From a virus (Duplodnaviria; Caudoviricetes), in IMG/VR virus record IMGVR_UViG_3300032038_000027, positions 32,001 to 96,000 of that record: a DNA stretch of 64,000 nucleotides; one strand, written 5' to 3'. Below, in pieces: positions 62,285 to 64,000 of the stretch. A program made the translations under genes and the position numbers. A model generated the notes under the pieces. That model saw only the letters and a list, made by a program, of their open reading frames with translations, had not been told where the DNA came from and made no database searches. Within the stretch, counting starts at the first letter, position 1; the number at the start of each line of letters is the position of its first letter.

Positions 62285-63139
62285 TTAGCGCACCAAATGT
62301 AACCTATCTTTGGCAACTTGAAACCACTTTTCCTCAATTTCAATACCGATAAAATGACGATCTAAAGCGATTGCAGCCGCGCCGGATGTTCCGCTACCCA
62401 TAAAAATGTCTAAAACAATATCGCCCGGTTCACTCCATGTCTTGATCTGGTCGCTTGCAAGCTGCTCCGGGAATGGAGCAGGATGACCTTTGGTCGCTTT
62501 ATCCTTATTTGTTAAATAAGTAAAGATGTTACCGTGTTGCTTATATTGATTAACTACATGAGAACCACAATTAACTAATCCGCTGTCATTACTCTTATGG
62601 TATGTTGCTCCACCCCAAGTTTTTGTTCCGGCATATTTGCATGGTATCATAATTGGGTGGAAAGATTTTGGACGACCTTTAGAGAACACAAACATATACT
62701 CAAATTCCTGCTCATACCTACGGTGAGTAAGCGGTACATAATTTTGTTTTCTGTATATCATTGTGTCATATATGTTAAAGCCACAATCTTTAAACATTAA
62801 TGCCTGTCGAAAACTTGTGCCTGTTTCTGAACCGTTGAACGTAGCGTCGGCAACTATCCATATAACGACACCGCCATTTTTTACTACGCGATATAGTTCT
62901 TTTACAATCTTTACAAAGTGTTCCCAACTCAACCGATCATTATTAGTTCCATATTTTCTGAGATTGTCATATGGTGGAGAAGTAATCACCATGTCAACAC
63001 TATTTGCCTCCATTGAAGATAAAGTTGTTAAGCAATCGTCACAGTACAGACTACAACACTCGCTAATATACTCATTAATGATTATATTACCCCCATTCTC
63101 TAATATCGTTTTAAAATATCGAATTATAAAATATACCAA
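62285..63139 (-). CDS. Beta-class N4-cytosine/N6-adenine DNA methyltransferase (orphan; start uncertain)
   Basis: TSPPY (motif IV) precedes HPAPFP and DIFMGSGT (motif I). Confidence 0.92.
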   Translation of the reverse strand: MVYFIIRYFKTILENGGNIIINEYISECCSLYCDDCLTTLSSMEANSVDMVITSPPYDNLRKYGTNNDRLSWEHFVKIVKELYRVVKNGGVVIWIVADATFNGSETGTSFRQALMFKDCGFNIYDTMIYRKQNYVPLTHRRYEQEFEYMFVFSKGRPKSFHPIMIPCKYAGTKTWGGATYHKSNDSGLVNCGSHVVNQYKQHGNIFTYLTNKDKATKGHPAPFPEQLASDQIKTWSEPGDIVLDIFMGSGTSGAAAIALDRHFIGIEIEEKWFQVAKDRLHLVR

Positions 63140-63311
63140 GAAACATAGAAACGATAAACCCTATAATACTAATTCCACCACAAAATTTAGCTGTCCCAAA
63201 AATGTCTGATTTTTCTTTAAATAAAGAAATTCCACATATTAAGAAAATGAAAGCGAGCATAAAAATGCCAACTTGACTTCCAAGAAATGATTTAATGCTA
63301 ACTATATTCAT
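63111..63311 (-). CDS. Small two-TM membrane protein
   Basis: Hydrophobic 66-aa ORF. Confidence 0.5.
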   Translation of the reverse strand: MNIVSIKSFLGSQVGIFMLAFIFLICGISLFKEKSDIFGTAKFCGGISIIGFIVSMFLGIFYNSIF

Positions 63312-63321
63312 ACATTAACAC

Positions 63322-63861
63322 TTATTGTTCTATTCCTTTCACGCGACAGTAAACATCTGCTACGATCTCTTTGTAGCCGCCTATATAGCCCTCAATGTTT
63401 TTATATTCAACATTATAATTATCAAGTAATTGTTTGATTTCATCACCTATCTTATCTGATTCTTCTTCTGTCTGAAATCGCCCGTTAGGATTGTATTCTT
63501 TCACTCTTGTAAGATAATAATTCATATTATCATAAGAGTTAAATACGTCTAATACATAATTATTAAAACTTTCTTTAAGATTAGATGTTTGATTATATTG
63601 AATAGAAAGTAATAGCGGAGAATCAGTAACGATTACATTTACTTTATTGGTGCATCTTGATATTTTGAATGACTGTTTTCCAAAGATATATGCTTGGTTT
63701 TCAAATACAGCTTTATTGCCTTCCCACAATTTATCTTTTGCAAATTCCGTTACAAGCTCCGCATCTATTCCTTGCATTTTAAGTAGCGCAAAAACATATG
63801 CTGCACCCGTACTTTTACCTGCGCCGGGTGCGCCAAATAAATTAACAATAATTGTTTTCAA
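63322..63861 (-). CDS. NadR/Ttd14-like P-loop kinase (AAA_28-like)
   Basis: NLFGAPGAGKST, EFAK, TDSPLL, GRFQT.EES. Confidence 0.75.
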   Translation of the reverse strand: MKTIIVNLFGAPGAGKSTGAAYVFALLKMQGIDAELVTEFAKDKLWEGNKAVFENQAYIFGKQSFKISRCTNKVNVIVTDSPLLLSIQYNQTSNLKESFNNYVLDVFNSYDNMNYYLTRVKEYNPNGRFQTEEESDKIGDEIKQLLDNYNVEYKNIEGYIGGYKEIVADVYCRVKGIEQ

Positions 63862-63871
63862 ACAATCACTC

Positions 63872-64000
63872 CTATTGGATTTTTACATTTATGTAATCAA
63901 GCACATTTTTCATTCCTAAACCACCGTCATTCCAATCTCTCATACAATACTCCCATAACTTCGGATGCGTTTCATGTAATCTTTGAAATCTATTAGGTTC
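63872..64000 (-). CDS. C-terminal fragment of a PAPS-reductase-family phage protein (runs off the window)
   Basis: Manual translation EPNRFQRLHETHPKLWEYCM...GGLGMKNVLDYINV matches the recalled C-terminus of this family. Confidence 0.55.
   Translation of the reverse strand, partial: EPNRFQRLHETHPKLWEYCMRDWNDGGLGMKNVLDYINVKIQ

Overview
A 64 kb slice of a large, AT-rich temperate tailed phage. The host is probably an anaerobic Firmicute/Clostridia (GGAGG/GAGGTG RBSs, class III RNR, CHAP endolysin). The + strand (1-29730) carries late genes: a tape-measure gene split by four group I introns (two with homing endonucleases), Dit/Tal/baseplate-fibre genes, a holin-endolysin cassette, and a ~2356-aa tail/adhesin protein diversified by a complete DGR (VR 25745-25868, double-length Avd, TR 26882-27005, RT). 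A bidirectional terminator at ~29770 separates this from the - strand block. That block starts with integrase, an intact attP (tRNA-Cys anticodon-arm core, five 11-bp arm sites, a full replacement tRNA-Cys) and excisionase. It continues with nucleotide metabolism (dut, nrdG, intron-split nrdD, gmk, DHFR, thyA), a PARP1-like WGR-HD-ART gene paired with a TARG1/DarG-like macrodomain, and the replisome (intron-split DnaE with a GIY-YIG HEG, Fe-S PD-(D/E)XK nuclease, primase, helicase, SSB, Sak). It ends with RNA repair genes (PNK-HD, RNA ligase) and accessory genes, including apparently inactivated copies of a terminase nuclease domain and a prohead protease. Best candidates for novelty: the PARP/macrodomain writer-eraser pair, twin introns lacking the canonical U.G 5' splice site, the double-Avd DGR with a non-AUG RT, the whole-tRNA-replacement attP, and the possible structural-protein decoys. 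All family assignments come from reading motifs by eye; no searches were run.
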